A stretch of DNA of 64,000 nucleotides from an uncultured Phycisphaerae bacterium (GCA_938005315.1 CALLOB010000037.1:5393-69392); one strand, 5' to 3'. Shown: positions 1-9,915, counted from the first letter of the stretch. The notes: a model not told the origin generated them from the letters alone. Numbers and translations: made by a program.

Positions 1-1
1 G

Positions 2-790
2 ATCACGATTCTCTACTGGTGGTTCATCATCGGAACCTTCGAGCTGCCCAGCTGGTTCATGATCGTCCTGAAGATGATCGTATGGGACAACATCCTGGCT
101 CCCTCCTGGGTCCACGACGGCGGAAGCAACGTGGCCTTCGACGCTCACCTGGCCGGCTATGCCTTCGGCTTCGTGGTCGTGGCGGTGCTGCTGGCCCTGC
201 GTTGCCTGCCGCGCGGCCAGTTCGATGTCGTGGCCCTGTGGCACCGCTGGTTGCGGCGCCGTGGGCTGGTGGTGCTGCCGACGGGAGGCATGTCGGGTGC
301 CGAGGGGGTCCCGGACGGTCCTGGCGAGCCGGACTCTGCCGGTCCACGCGTGATCCGCGATCCGCGGGTGGAGCGGATCAGCGCCCTGCGGTTGCGGATC
401 GCCGAGGCTCTGGGGCAATCGGACCGCGACGCGGCCGCCCGGCTCTACGAGGAACTCATCGAGATCGATCCCCGCCAGATCCTGGCCCGCGGTCAGCAGC
501 TGGAGGTGGCCAACCGGTTGTGCGCCCTGAACCGCCTGCCGCAGGCGGTGCTGGCCTACGAGGCGTTCCTGGCCCATTACGGTCCCTCGCCCGAGGCCGA
601 ACACGTCGAACTGCTGCTGGGCATCATCTACGCCCGCGATCTGCAGCAGCACGAGATCGCCGAGCATCACCTGCGCCGCGCGGCCGGCCGGATCGTCGAC
701 GAGAAACGGGCCGAGCAATGCCAGTACTGGCTGGAGGTCTGCCGGCAGGCCAGGCAGCGCCGCCGTGGCGCGAGGGATGAACAACCATGA
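2..790 (+). CDS. Rhomboid-family intramembrane serine protease with C-terminal TPR-like domain (5' partial)
   Basis: Frame open from the window start (ITILYWWFIIGTFELPSWFMIV...). Has the NVAFDAHLAGY catalytic-His motif typical of rhomboids, TM segments, and a helical-repeat C-terminus. Confidence 0.75.
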   Translation: MTILYWWFIIGTFELPSWFMIVLKMIVWDNILAPSWVHDGGSNVAFDAHLAGYAFGFVVVAVLLALRCLPRGQFDVVALWHRWLRRRGLVVLPTGGMSGAEGVPDGPGEPDSAGPRVIRDPRVERISALRLRIAEALGQSDRDAAARLYEELIEIDPRQILARGQQLEVANRLCALNRLPQAVLAYEAFLAHYGPSPEAEHVELLLGIIYARDLQQHEIAEHHLRRAAGRIVDEKRAEQCQYWLEVCRQARQRRRGARDEQP

Positions 791-1902
791 GCGGTGACGG
801 CGGGCGACGGATCGTCCGGGTGGAGACCCCCCCGAAACCCTACCCGGTGCTCATCGGGCCGGGGCTGCTGGAGGAGCTCGGTCCGCGTCTGCGGGAGGAG
901 GTCCGGGCTCCCAGGACACTGGTGGTCACCGATGCCAACGTCGGCCCGCTCTACGGCGAGCGGGCTCTGGCCTCCCTGGGCGCGGCGGGTTTCGATTGCT
1001 CGATGGTGACGCTGCCCGCCGGCGACGCCACCAAGTCGCTGGACTCGGCCGCGCGGCTCTACGACGCCCTGGCCGAGGCCCGGATCGACCGGGCGTCGCC
1101 GGTGGTGTCCCTCGGCGGGGGCGTGGTCGGAGATCTGGCCGGCTTCGTGGCCGCCACCTGGCTGCGCGGCGTGCCGTTCGTGCAGTGCTCCACGACGGTG
1201 GAGGCCGACGTGGACGCCGCCGTCGGCGGCAAGACGGCGGTCAACCACGCATCCGGCAAGAACATGATCGGTGCGTTCTACCAGCCGCGGTTCGTGCTGA
1301 TCGACACGGACACGCTTTCGACGCTCAGCGCGCGGGACTATCTGGCGGGGCTGGCCGAGAGCATCAAGCACGCCGTCATCCGGGATGCGGCGTTCTTCGA
1401 GTGGCACGAGGCCCGGATCGCCGACCTGCGGGCCCGCCGGCTGGACTGCATGCCCGAGCTGATCGAACGCAACGTGCGGATCAAGGCCGAAATCGTCGCG
1501 ATGGATGAGCGCGAAACCACCGGCCTGCGTGCCTTGCTGAACTTCGGCCACACCGTGGGACATGCCATCGAATCGGCCATGGCCCGCGGGGGGGATCCCT
1601 GGCGTCACGGCGAGGCGGTGGCCGCCGGCATGGTCGCGGCCTGCGAGATCAGCGTGGCCGCCGGCCGGCTGAGCCGGGTCGAGGCCGAGCGCATCGCGGC
1701 CCTCGTCGAGGCCGCCGGTCTGCCGGTGACGGCTCCGCTTTCGCATGCCCGAAGCCGGATCCTTGCGTTGATGAACGCCGACAAGAAAGTCGCCGCCGGC
1801 CGGCTGCGCTTCGTGCTGGCGGACCGCATTGGACAGGCGACGCTGTGCGGAGAGGTCCGGCCGGAGTGGATCGAGGCCGGGCTCGATCGCGTGTTGCGGT
1901 GA
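787..1902 (+). CDS. aroB: 3-dehydroquinate synthase
   Basis: GGGVVGDLAGFVAATWLRG, GGKTAVN, KNMIGAFYQP and LNFGHTVGHAIE motifs. ATGA overlap with the upstream gene. Confidence 0.96.
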   Translation: MSGDGGRRIVRVETPPKPYPVLIGPGLLEELGPRLREEVRAPRTLVVTDANVGPLYGERALASLGAAGFDCSMVTLPAGDATKSLDSAARLYDALAEARIDRASPVVSLGGGVVGDLAGFVAATWLRGVPFVQCSTTVEADVDAAVGGKTAVNHASGKNMIGAFYQPRFVLIDTDTLSTLSARDYLAGLAESIKHAVIRDAAFFEWHEARIADLRARRLDCMPELIERNVRIKAEIVAMDERETTGLRALLNFGHTVGHAIESAMARGGDPWRHGEAVAAGMVAACEISVAAGRLSRVEAERIAALVEAAGLPVTAPLSHARSRILALMNADKKVAAGRLRFVLADRIGQATLCGEVRPEWIEAGLDRVLR

Positions 1903-1932
1903 ACCATTCCCGGGCTGCGGCGCCGACGGGGC

Positions 1933-2790
1933 TCAGGCCGTTGCGATCAGTCCCCACACCACGCGGACGTAGTCGTTTACCGTGATGATCCCCACCAGCC
2001 GGCGATTGGCTTCGACGACCGGCAGCGCGTCGAACTTGTGGTGCAGCAGAACCTCGGCGGTCTCGGCCATGCCGTCCTGCGGGGCCGCGGTCAACGGATC
2101 AGGGGTCATGATGTCCGCCGCGGTCAGGCATTCGTGCTCCGGACGCAGTCTGGGCTCGGCCCGCTGGTCGCCGTGAGCGGTGATCCCCAGCCAGACGCGC
2201 AGGTCGCGGTCGGACACGATGCCGGTCAGCACGTGACCGCGCACCACCGGCAGGTGGTGGGCGTTGATCCCGCGCATGCGCTCGAGGATCAGGCGGGCGT
2301 GGTCCTCCGGGTCGACGGTCACCACCTCGCGGCGCATGTGGTCGGCTACCCTGGCGGCCGCCGCCGGGTCACCGGGGTGGTCCGCGCAGAAATCCGTATA
2401 CCAGCGCAGCAGGTTGGACTTGGTGATCACCCCCAGCAGGCCGCAGTCGTCCACGATCGGAAGCGACGAGACGTTGTGATCCACCATGATCCTGATCGCC
2501 TCGGGCAGCGGGGTCTCGTCCTGGACGAATCGGGCCGGAGCCGACATCACGTCGGCCACCCGCGCGGCACCGGCCGGCCCGGCGTCGGCGCGGTGGGGCA
2601 GGGCGGAGCCGGCGCCTCCGGGGTGGGCCATCAGGATGTCGCGGTCGCTGACCACCCCGACCACGCGCCCGCCGCTGATGACCGGCAGGTGCCGTATCCG
2701 GCAGTACTCCATGGTCAGCCGGGCCTCGTCGAGCGAGGTCTCCGGCTCGACCACCATCGGCAGCTCGGTGAGAAGATCGGATACCTTCAT
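1933..2790 (-). CDS. CBS domain protein (four CBS repeats)
   Basis: Repeated HLPV...GVVSDRD, SLPIV...GVIT and ALPVV...GIITVND CBS motifs. Start placed at MKVSDLL. Confidence 0.85.
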   Translation of the reverse strand: MKVSDLLTELPMVVEPETSLDEARLTMEYCRIRHLPVISGGRVVGVVSDRDILMAHPGGAGSALPHRADAGPAGAARVADVMSAPARFVQDETPLPEAIRIMVDHNVSSLPIVDDCGLLGVITKSNLLRWYTDFCADHPGDPAAAARVADHMRREVVTVDPEDHARLILERMRGINAHHLPVVRGHVLTGIVSDRDLRVWLGITAHGDQRAEPRLRPEHECLTAADIMTPDPLTAAPQDGMAETAEVLLHHKFDALPVVEANRRLVGIITVNDYVRVVWGLIATA

Positions 2791-3021
2791 GTCGCGACGG
2801 ACCGCTGACGAAGAGAGTGCGTGCATGCCGCGTCCAGCCTCAGTATCGGCCAACGTGGACACATGGATCGAGGAAAGATCGTTCCGGCCGGATCGGTTGG
2901 ACGGGCCTGGACCGGTCCTAGCCGCGGACCGGCTCTCGCCGGACGGCACGCCCGCCTGCATGGCATGAACCGGTGGCCGGCACCCGGGGTCCGGGCGGAC
3001 GGCCCCCAACAGCGACCGGAC

Positions 3022-3213
3022 CTACTCCGGCAGCGCCCCGGCGATGGCCATGTAAACGCTCTGGAAGTCCCGCCCGATGGTGCCGATGATCGTGATCGAG
3101 CCGGCGACGATCAATGCCAGCATGATGGCGTATTCGCTCGCCGAGACGGCACGTTCATCCGCAAGCAGCGCGCGGGCCGGAGCGGTCAGTAGTGTCTTGA
3201 GTTTCCCAGTCAC
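3022..3213 (-). CDS. Flp family type IVb pilin
   Basis: 63 aa. Leader ...LLADERA, then VSASEYAIMLALIVAG (Flp EY motif) and a hydrophobic helix. Confidence 0.8.
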   Translation of the reverse strand: MTGKLKTLLTAPARALLADERAVSASEYAIMLALIVAGSITIIGTIGRDFQSVYMAIAGALPE

Positions 3214-3359
3214 GGGCTTCCCCCATGTCCCAACTATAAGCTACGATTGGAATTCAAGATGGGCAAAGTCGTACCCGGCCGATTGGAGGCGGACCGATAA
3301 TCGCGGGGGCGGCGGCGTGACAAGAGGGGGTTGACCCGCCGGCGAACCATCCCGCCCGC

Positions 3360-3378
3360 AAAACGCCCCGGTCGGGCG
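3360..3378 (-). terminator. Weak putative intrinsic terminator after the sigma-4 gene
   Basis: Minus strand reads CGCCC-GACCG-GGGCG followed by TTTT. Confidence 0.3.
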
Positions 3379-3404
3379 GACGGACGATCCGCCGTCAGGG
3401 GGGA

Positions 3405-3671
3405 TCAGGCGACCAGCACCCGCTCAACGGCGGGCACGAACTGGTTGCGGACCCGGGCCACGATGCGGGCGTGCATCGCCTCCACCGAGTCCGGGGCCAG
3501 GTCCAGAATCCCGGCAATCTCCTGGAACGTGAGATCCTCACCGTAGTGAAGCATGACCACCAACCGTTCCTCGCGGCTCAGCCGGCGACAGACGAAATCG
3601 TTCAGCAGGGCGCGGGCCAGTTTCGTGCGGGGAGTTTGGATTCGCGGGGCTAGTGTGACGGCGGATGCCAC
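3405..3671 (-). CDS. Stand-alone sigma-70 region 4 (FliA-like) HTH protein
   Basis: AGGAGG RBS before GTG at 3671. LSREERLVVMLHYGEDLTFQEIAGILDL...MHARIVARVR resembles the FliA/WhiG C-terminus. Regions 2 and 3 are absent. Confidence 0.75.
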   Translation of the reverse strand: MASAVTLAPRIQTPRTKLARALLNDFVCRRLSREERLVVMLHYGEDLTFQEIAGILDLAPDSVEAMHARIVARVRNQFVPAVERVLVA

Positions 3672-4088
3672 GGCTTTCCTCCTGTCATACTCAGGTGCAA
3701 CGTCGGGAGGCGGTGGGGCCGGATTTGTTGCCCCACATGCGCCACCGTGTCGCCCAGGCTTCAGGACGGCGGCGGGTCCGACGGATCTGCGGCCGGGCTT
3801 CGGCGGACCCATCCGCCGTTCGCCCGGATGTGGGCCGAATCGACCCGCTCGGCAGCCTCCATCCTGTTAGTTCTATCGGCCAAGCCGGGATGTTCCGCTA
3901 CAAATGACGCGATCCAGCCAGAGTGCCCGGCTGGACGGCTGAGGTTACCGGAATCCCCCGGCAGCAGGTCACGCGGTGCATCGGCGCGGATCCAGCCGGA
4001 GCCGAAACAGATATATCTATCTGCAGTATCGAATACTATGAAAACGGTAACCGCTGTGCGTTGTCTCCGGGACGCGTGCAGCCGGTCC

Positions 4089-5378
4089 TCATCGACCCCA
4101 TGCCCGGGCTAGGAGTTCACCGTACAGTCGCACGCCGGCGTGTTGAAAATCCATGGCCAGCGTGATCGACAGCACCAGGAAATGAAATGTCACCAGCCAG
4201 GCCAGCAACCAGCCGGCAGGCCCTCCAGCCAGGCCGGTGCTTCGCAGCAGGGCGTAGAACCTCCCTCCCCGCGTCCGCCTGAATTTCCAGTGATCCACCC
4301 AGAGCCGGCGGGTCGCCAGGGCGGCACCTTGCAGGAGCCCCCAGACCACGAAGCAGGCTCGCGGGCCGTGCCACAGGCCGCAGAATCCGAAGGTCAGAAT
4401 GAAGCTGAGCGCGGCCGGCCAGCGGCTGCGGACCATGGGCATGAACATGTAGTCGCGAAGCCACTGGCTCAGCGTGATGTGCCAGCGCTGCCAGAAATCG
4501 GCGATGTTGCTCGCTTTCCACGGGTAGTTGAAGTTGTCGGGCACCGCCAGGCCCGTTACCCGCCCGACGGCGACGCAGAGATCGACGTAGCCGCTCATCC
4601 ACAGGAAGAACATGATCGGGCCGAGATAGACCGCCGCCAGCAGGTGCAGAGTACCGAATGATCCGGGGTCGGCGTAGACCTCCTCCAGCCGCAGTCGACT
4701 CAGAACCACGGCCATGATGCCCAGTCGGAGCATGGCGGTGGCCAGTCGCACCCCGGCGCCGGGAAGATCCCGGTGGTGCCGCGGGCCGTTTTCCATCTGA
4801 CGGTGGAACTCCTGGTATCGGTAGATCGGGCCCATGCGAAGGGTGGGCGCCAGGAGCATGAAGGCCCAGAAATCCGCTGTTTTCACGTCGACCAGCCTTC
4901 CGCTCGCCGTGTCGGCCAGCACCTGGTAAGCCCTGATGAACAGGTAAGCCAGTCCGGCCCAGTGGGCGTAGAAGAAGACCGGCTCGGCCGGCGGTAGCGG
5001 CGGCAGCCAGGGAAGATCCGGTCTTCCCAGCACCACGGCCAGACCCGCGGCCAGCACGGCCGTGCCGAGCCATCGTCGCTGGGGGGTGCCGGTGGCGCGG
5101 ATGACGGCCAGGGCCCCGGCGGTCATCACCGCGAGGGTGATCGCGTAGGCCGGCCCGAGGGTCAGGGCCGCCAGCAGCAGACTGCTGGCCGCAAGATAGA
5201 CGGCGCGGTGGCGGGCGGGCATGAACCAGTATCCCGGCGCCAGGATCAGGTAAAGCGCCACGCCCAGCGGGCCGCGCACCACGTCGCGCCCGTTGATCAG
5301 CAGGTGGATGCAGCCGTCGAGCATGCCGCCGTCGAAGGTCAGAATCGGGCCGGGCGGCGACATCGCGGAACAGAGCAC
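4089..5378 (-). CDS. MBOAT family O-acyltransferase (AlgI/DltB-like)
   Basis: NFNYPWKASNIADFWQRWHITLSQWLRDY and GLWHG motifs, multiple TM helices. Start uncertain (5324 possible). Confidence 0.88.
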   Translation of the reverse strand: MLCSAMSPPGPILTFDGGMLDGCIHLLINGRDVVRGPLGVALYLILAPGYWFMPARHRAVYLAASSLLLAALTLGPAYAITLAVMTAGALAVIRATGTPQRRWLGTAVLAAGLAVVLGRPDLPWLPPLPPAEPVFFYAHWAGLAYLFIRAYQVLADTASGRLVDVKTADFWAFMLLAPTLRMGPIYRYQEFHRQMENGPRHHRDLPGAGVRLATAMLRLGIMAVVLSRLRLEEVYADPGSFGTLHLLAAVYLGPIMFFLWMSGYVDLCVAVGRVTGLAVPDNFNYPWKASNIADFWQRWHITLSQWLRDYMFMPMVRSRWPAALSFILTFGFCGLWHGPRACFVVWGLLQGAALATRRLWVDHWKFRRTRGGRFYALLRSTGLAGGPAGWLLAWLVTFHFLVLSITLAMDFQHAGVRLYGELLARAWGR

Positions 5379-5478
5379 GTTGGATGACTCCAGGCGAGGG
5401 CGGTTCGGGCGTCGCGGCCGCAGCGGATCCCGCGGGCGTCCGACGCGCGGTGGGCCCGCGCCGTCGGGCCCGGACGCG

Positions 5479-5506
5479 TTGATCGCCCACAGGAGCCCGC
5501 TATAAT
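5479..5506 (+). promoter_or_regulatory. Putative sigma-70 promoter for the IDH-hemC operon
   Basis: TTGATC-N16-TATAAT. Confidence 0.5.
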
Positions 5507-5551
5507 CGCCGCAGGCTCGTGGAACGCAAGGCCGGCCCGCGAGAATGGGTC

Positions 5552-5636
5552 ACGGCCGGCGGGGGCGCCGGGCGCTTCGGTGCTTCGCGTTGCCGGGTAA
5601 CTTCCTGACAGCGACGGCCGGCGGGGGCGCCGGGCG
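5552..5636. repeat. Perfect 23-bp direct repeat pair flanking a 39-nt spacer
   Basis: ACGGCCGGCGGGGGCGCCGGGCG at 5552-5574 and 5614-5636. Confidence 0.8.
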
Positions 5637-5739
5637 ATACATGTGCAGGTAGTCTCCGGCGTGCGAAAGACCGGTCGCTGGAGCCGACGCACCGGGCGCA
5701 GGACTCGCCCCGGCTGCCGCACCGAGGAGGATTCGCCAG

Positions 5740-6750
5740 ATGACCCACACGGTTTGCCTGCTGCCCGGCGACGGCATCGGCCCGGAGGTCACCACCGCGG
5801 CCAAGCGGGTGATCGAGGCCTCGGGTGTAAGCATCGAGTGGGTGAACCTTCCGATCGGCGCGACCGCCCTGGAGTTCTGCGGAAGCGTGCTGCCCAACCG
5901 CACGCTGGCGGCCGTGGCCGGGCACGGCGTGGCCCTCAAGGGTCCGGTCACCACGCCCATCGGCCGGGGCCACGAGAGCGTCAACGTCCGGCTGCGCCGC
6001 GAGCTGAATCTCTTCGCCGCCGTCAGGCCGGTCCGCACGGTGCCGGGCATCCCGGCGCGCTTCGGCAACGTCGAGCTGGTCATCATCCGCGAGAACACCG
6101 AGGGCCTGTACTCGGGCATCGAGAACGAGATCGTGCCCGGCGTGATCCAGAGCCTCAAGATCGCCACCACCCGGGCCTGCAGCCGGATCGCGCGCTTCGC
6201 CTTCGACTACTGCGTGTCCCGCGGACGGCGCAAGGTCACGGTCTTCCACAAGGCCAACATCATGAAAAAGTCCGACGGGCTGTTCCTGGAGTGCTGTCGC
6301 CAGGCCCACCGGGAATACGCCGATCGGGTAGCCTACAACGAGATGATCATCGACAACGGCTGCATGCAGCTGGTGCGCGACCCGTCGCAGTTCGACGTGC
6401 TGCTGCTGGAGAACTTCTACGGCGACATCGTCAGCGACCTGGCCGCAGGGCTCGTCGGCGGGCTTGGCGTCGTGCCGGGAGCCAACATCGGGGAGACCTG
6501 CGCGGTCTTCGAGGCGGTCCACGGTTCGGCTCCGGACATCGCCCGCAAGGGGCTGGCCAACCCGCTGGCCTGCATCATGAGCGGCGTGATGATGCTCAAC
6601 CACCTTGGTGAAACCGACGCGGCGACGCGTATCCGCAACGCCTACGACGCCGTGCTGACCGCCGGCCGGCCCGAGCAGCTCACCCGCGACATCGGCGGCT
6701 CCGGCACCACCCACAGCTTCACGGAAGCCATCATACGGGCCATGCAGTGA
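5740..6750 (+). CDS. Isocitrate/isopropylmalate dehydrogenase family protein (likely NAD-dependent IDH)
   Basis: LPGDGIGPEV, SVNVRLR, RENTEGLY, HKANIMK and FEAVHGSAPDIA motifs. GAGGAGG RBS. Confidence 0.92.
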   Translation: MTHTVCLLPGDGIGPEVTTAAKRVIEASGVSIEWVNLPIGATALEFCGSVLPNRTLAAVAGHGVALKGPVTTPIGRGHESVNVRLRRELNLFAAVRPVRTVPGIPARFGNVELVIIRENTEGLYSGIENEIVPGVIQSLKIATTRACSRIARFAFDYCVSRGRRKVTVFHKANIMKKSDGLFLECCRQAHREYADRVAYNEMIIDNGCMQLVRDPSQFDVLLLENFYGDIVSDLAAGLVGGLGVVPGANIGETCAVFEAVHGSAPDIARKGLANPLACIMSGVMMLNHLGETDAATRIRNAYDAVLTAGRPEQLTRDIGGSGTTHSFTEAIIRAMQ

Positions 6751-7679
6751 CCGTCGAGGATCTCGACAGGCCGATCGTCGTCGGCACCCGGGGGTCGAAG
6801 CTGGCGACCGCCCAGACCCGCTGGTTCGTGGATCGCCTGCGGGAAACCCGGCCCGGCCTGCGGGTCGAGATCCGCACCATCACCACCCGCGGCGACCGGC
6901 TGCGCGGACGACCTCTGCCGGAGATCGGCGGCAAGGGGCTTTTTACGGAGGAACTCGACCGCTCGCTGCTGGACGGATCGATCGACCTGGCGGTCCATTC
7001 GGCCAAGGATCTGCCCACCGACACCGCAGCCGGCCTGGCGATCCTGGCGGTTCCGCCGCGGGAAGACCCCCGCGACGCCTGGGTCTCGCCGCACGGACCG
7101 TTCGAGTTCCTGCCGGCCGGCGCAGCCGTCGGTACCGGCAGCCTGCGACGGCAGGCTCAACTGCTCATGCGTCGGCCGGACCTGACATTTGTTCCCCTGC
7201 GCGGCAACGTCGATACGCGGATCGCCAAGATGCGGCGCGGCGAGTGCGCCGGCGCGGTCCTGGCCATGGCCGGACTCATCCGGCTGGGTCTTGCCGACCA
7301 GATCGTGCATCCCTTCGAGGCGGACGTTCTTCTGCCGGCTCCCGGTCAGGGTGCCCTGGCGATCGAGGGCCGGGCCGACGATCCGCGCGTCCGCGGGCTG
7401 GTCGAATCGGTCAATGACCCGGTCGCGGCCCTGGCCCTGAACGCTGAACGGAGCCTCCTGCACCGGCTGGACGCCGGCTGCCGCGCGCCGGTCGGCATCC
7501 TGGCCGAAATCGACGGCCCGACGCTGCGGATTCGCGCGCTGGTGTCCGATCCCGGCGGCAGGCGGATTGCCCGGGCCCAGGCCTGCGGTTCAGCGGAGAA
7601 CGCCGAGGCTGTCGCGGATGGGGTAATGGAACAACTCGTCCGCGGCGGGGCACGCGAGATCATCGCCGCCTGCCGTTGA
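6747..7679 (+). CDS. hemC: Hydroxymethylbilane synthase (porphobilinogen deaminase)
   Basis: GTRGSKLA, GKGLFTEEL, AVHSAKD, GTGSLRR, RGNVDTR and GC cofactor-Cys motifs. Confidence 0.97.
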   Translation: MTVEDLDRPIVVGTRGSKLATAQTRWFVDRLRETRPGLRVEIRTITTRGDRLRGRPLPEIGGKGLFTEELDRSLLDGSIDLAVHSAKDLPTDTAAGLAILAVPPREDPRDAWVSPHGPFEFLPAGAAVGTGSLRRQAQLLMRRPDLTFVPLRGNVDTRIAKMRRGECAGAVLAMAGLIRLGLADQIVHPFEADVLLPAPGQGALAIEGRADDPRVRGLVESVNDPVAALALNAERSLLHRLDAGCRAPVGILAEIDGPTLRIRALVSDPGGRRIARAQACGSAENAEAVADGVMEQLVRGGAREIIAACR

Positions 7680-7816
7680 TTGGGGCGGCAGCCGCCGGCT
7701 CCGCCGGACCGCTGTTTCAGAGGTCGCCGGGCGGTCGCTCCCGGTATGTTGGCTGTCATGATCGGATCGCATGGCCGAAGGAACCGCGCATCGGCTGGAG
7801 ATGGGAGGGCGCGGTG

Positions 7817-8095
7817 TCAGGCGGCGCTCTGGTTGAGTTGCGGGACGTGGAGATGGACGTCCCAGCCGGCCTGTTCGACGGCCGTGGCCGCCAGCATGGC
7901 CTGCCGGAAGCCCGGCGGGGCGGTGTCGCCCTCCGGAACGCACGCCGGGGAGAAGCAGGCGTTCAGGTAAGACTGAGTGAGCAGGTCTTCGCAGCGCCAT
8001 TTCAGGTCGTCGCCCAGCAGGGCGATGACCGTCCGCGGCCCCATGGTGAGGGTGAGTCTGGCTACCAAGCTGCACCTCGCGGCCGATGTCCGCAA
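7817..8095 (-). CDS. Small hypothetical protein
   Basis: Composition is protein-like (not R/P/G-rich) in an otherwise empty gap. A GCCGATA motif lies just upstream. Start uncertain. Confidence 0.4.
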   Translation of the reverse strand: MRTSAARCSLVARLTLTMGPRTVIALLGDDLKWRCEDLLTQSYLNACFSPACVPEGDTAPPGFRQAMLAATAVEQAGWDVHLHVPQLNQSAA

Positions 8096-8451
8096 TTGTC
8101 TGGGCTATCGGCCGAAAGGGGGCGTTTCCATGAGCCGATCGGTCCTGAATGCCGCGTTGCTCCGGGAAAAAAGGGAAATAAACCCGGAGAAACCATGCCC
8201 CCGCCGGGTTTTCCGCTCGGGGCCAACCCGTCGCGTATACCCGTCGGCGTTGTTTCCGGCGACCCGTCTTCCCAAGCCGCACAAAACACGGGCGCGCATC
8301 CCGTGCCGCCCCCTTCGCAGCGGGTCAGGGCCGCTGACGATCACGGCCGGGGCGATTCGCCTCCCGGAATGCTGCGGGATAGACTTTTTGCAGGACTTCA
8401 GCCCAGCCAGGTTGCTGTCTCGCCGTGCGGGGGTTCAGAGGGTCCGGGACG

Positions 8452-9915
8452 ATGTCCGTTCACGCGCTGGAGAGAGCCTTTGATCGCCGGGTGACCGCCG
8501 GTCGGCTGATCGCGCCGGGGGAGGCGGTGGTCGCGGCCGTGTCCGGTGGTGCCGATTCCATGGCCTTGCTGCATCTCCTGGACGCGTTCAACCGGAACAG
8601 GCGATGGGGGTGCCGGATCCTGGTGGCCCACCTCGACCACGGTCTGCGCGGGCTGGACGCCGCCGCCGATGCCGCCTTCGTCGCCCGGCAGGCCGAATCG
8701 CTGGGCTTGCAGTGTCTGGTCGAGTCAGCCGACGTGGCCGGGCAGGCCCGGGAGCGCAAATTGTCGCTGGAGACGGCCGGCCGGAAGGCCCGGCTGGAGT
8801 TTCTCGAGCGGGTATGCCGGGAGTCGGGCTCGACCGTGGTGGCGATGGGGCATCACGCCGACGACGACGTCGAGACGATCCTGCACCGGACGATCCGCGG
8901 TACGGGGCTCAAGGGGCTGGGGGGAATCCCGCTGCGCCGGCGGCTTCGTGCCGGATCCGACGTGCGAATCGTCCGGCCGCTTCTTCGATTCCGCCGCGAG
9001 GCCTTGCGGCAGTACCTGCTGGATCGTGGTCTTCCATGGCGGGAAGACGCAAGCAACCAGACCGAGGGTTTCACGCGCAACCGCCTGCGTCAGCAGCTCT
9101 TGCCGTTGCTGCGAAGTGAACACAACCCTCGGATCGATCAGGCCCTGCTGCGCCTGGCATCGCAGGCCCGCATGGCCGAGCGTTGCCTGACGGGGATGAC
9201 CGGAAAGCTGCTGAAAAGGGTCTTGACCACGGATGAAGCCGGTCAACCGACGCTGGTGTTGGGTGTTCTGGCTGATGCACCCGACGCGCTGCGATGGCGT
9301 CTGATCCGGGCGGCGGCGGTGCGTGCTGGAGTGACGGAGGGACGGCTCGGTTACGACCATCTGGCTGCGGCGGCGCGGTTGATCGACGGCGCTACGGGGC
9401 AGGAAACCCACCTGCCCGGTGGCTGGCGGCTGATCAGGGACCGCGACCGGCTGGTATTCCAACCGCCGGGGACGAGACCCCGGGGCGCTCCGGCCGAGGC
9501 CGTGGAGCCGGCCGTGCTGGCCGCGGAGGGCGTTACAAGCCTTCCGGCCTTCGGCATCGACGTGGTGGCCGAGCTGATCGAGCCCTCGCCGGACGGCCCG
9601 GTGCGTTCTGGTCGCGTGGGGACAGGCTGGCCGGCCGAGGAGTGGCTGGATGCCGACGCCATCGAAGGTCCACTGGTAGCGCGTGCCCGCCGGCCGGGCG
9701 ATCGCTTTCGCCCGTTGGGCATGCCGGGCTCCAAAAAACTCTCTGATTTCTTCATCGACGAGCGGATTCCCGCCCCCGAACGCGACATCGTATGCCTGCT
9801 TTGTGACCGGCGCGGGCCGGTGTGGGTTGTGCCGTGGCGGATCGACGACCGCGTGCGGGTGACCGCCTCGACCCGCCGGGTGCTTCGGCTGGTGTGTCGC
9901 CGGATCGGTGCCTGA
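8452..9915 (+). CDS. tilS: tRNA(Ile)-lysidine synthetase
   Basis: SGGADS PP-loop, HLDHGLRG, GHHADDDVET, RPLL, WREDASN, RNRLR motifs and a TilS C-terminal domain. Confidence 0.96.
   Translation: MSVHALERAFDRRVTAGRLIAPGEAVVAAVSGGADSMALLHLLDAFNRNRRWGCRILVAHLDHGLRGLDAAADAAFVARQAESLGLQCLVESADVAGQARERKLSLETAGRKARLEFLERVCRESGSTVVAMGHHADDDVETILHRTIRGTGLKGLGGIPLRRRLRAGSDVRIVRPLLRFRREALRQYLLDRGLPWREDASNQTEGFTRNRLRQQLLPLLRSEHNPRIDQALLRLASQARMAERCLTGMTGKLLKRVLTTDEAGQPTLVLGVLADAPDALRWRLIRAAAVRAGVTEGRLGYDHLAAAARLIDGATGQETHLPGGWRLIRDRDRLVFQPPGTRPRGAPAEAVEPAVLAAEGVTSLPAFGIDVVAELIEPSPDGPVRSGRVGTGWPAEEWLDADAIEGPLVARARRPGDRFRPLGMPGSKKLSDFFIDERIPAPERDIVCLLCDRRGPVWVVPWRIDDRVRVTASTRRVLRLVCRRIGA

Noticed and set aside
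3259..3278. Sigma-54 promoter upstream of the Flp pilin (GG-N10-GC)
   Set aside because: The spacing fits, but the -24 element (CGGGTAC) matches TGGCAC poorly.
5552..5636. Mini-CRISPR interpretation of the 23-bp repeat + 39-nt spacer
   Set aside because: Only two repeats, extremely GC-rich, with no AT-rich leader and no cas genes.
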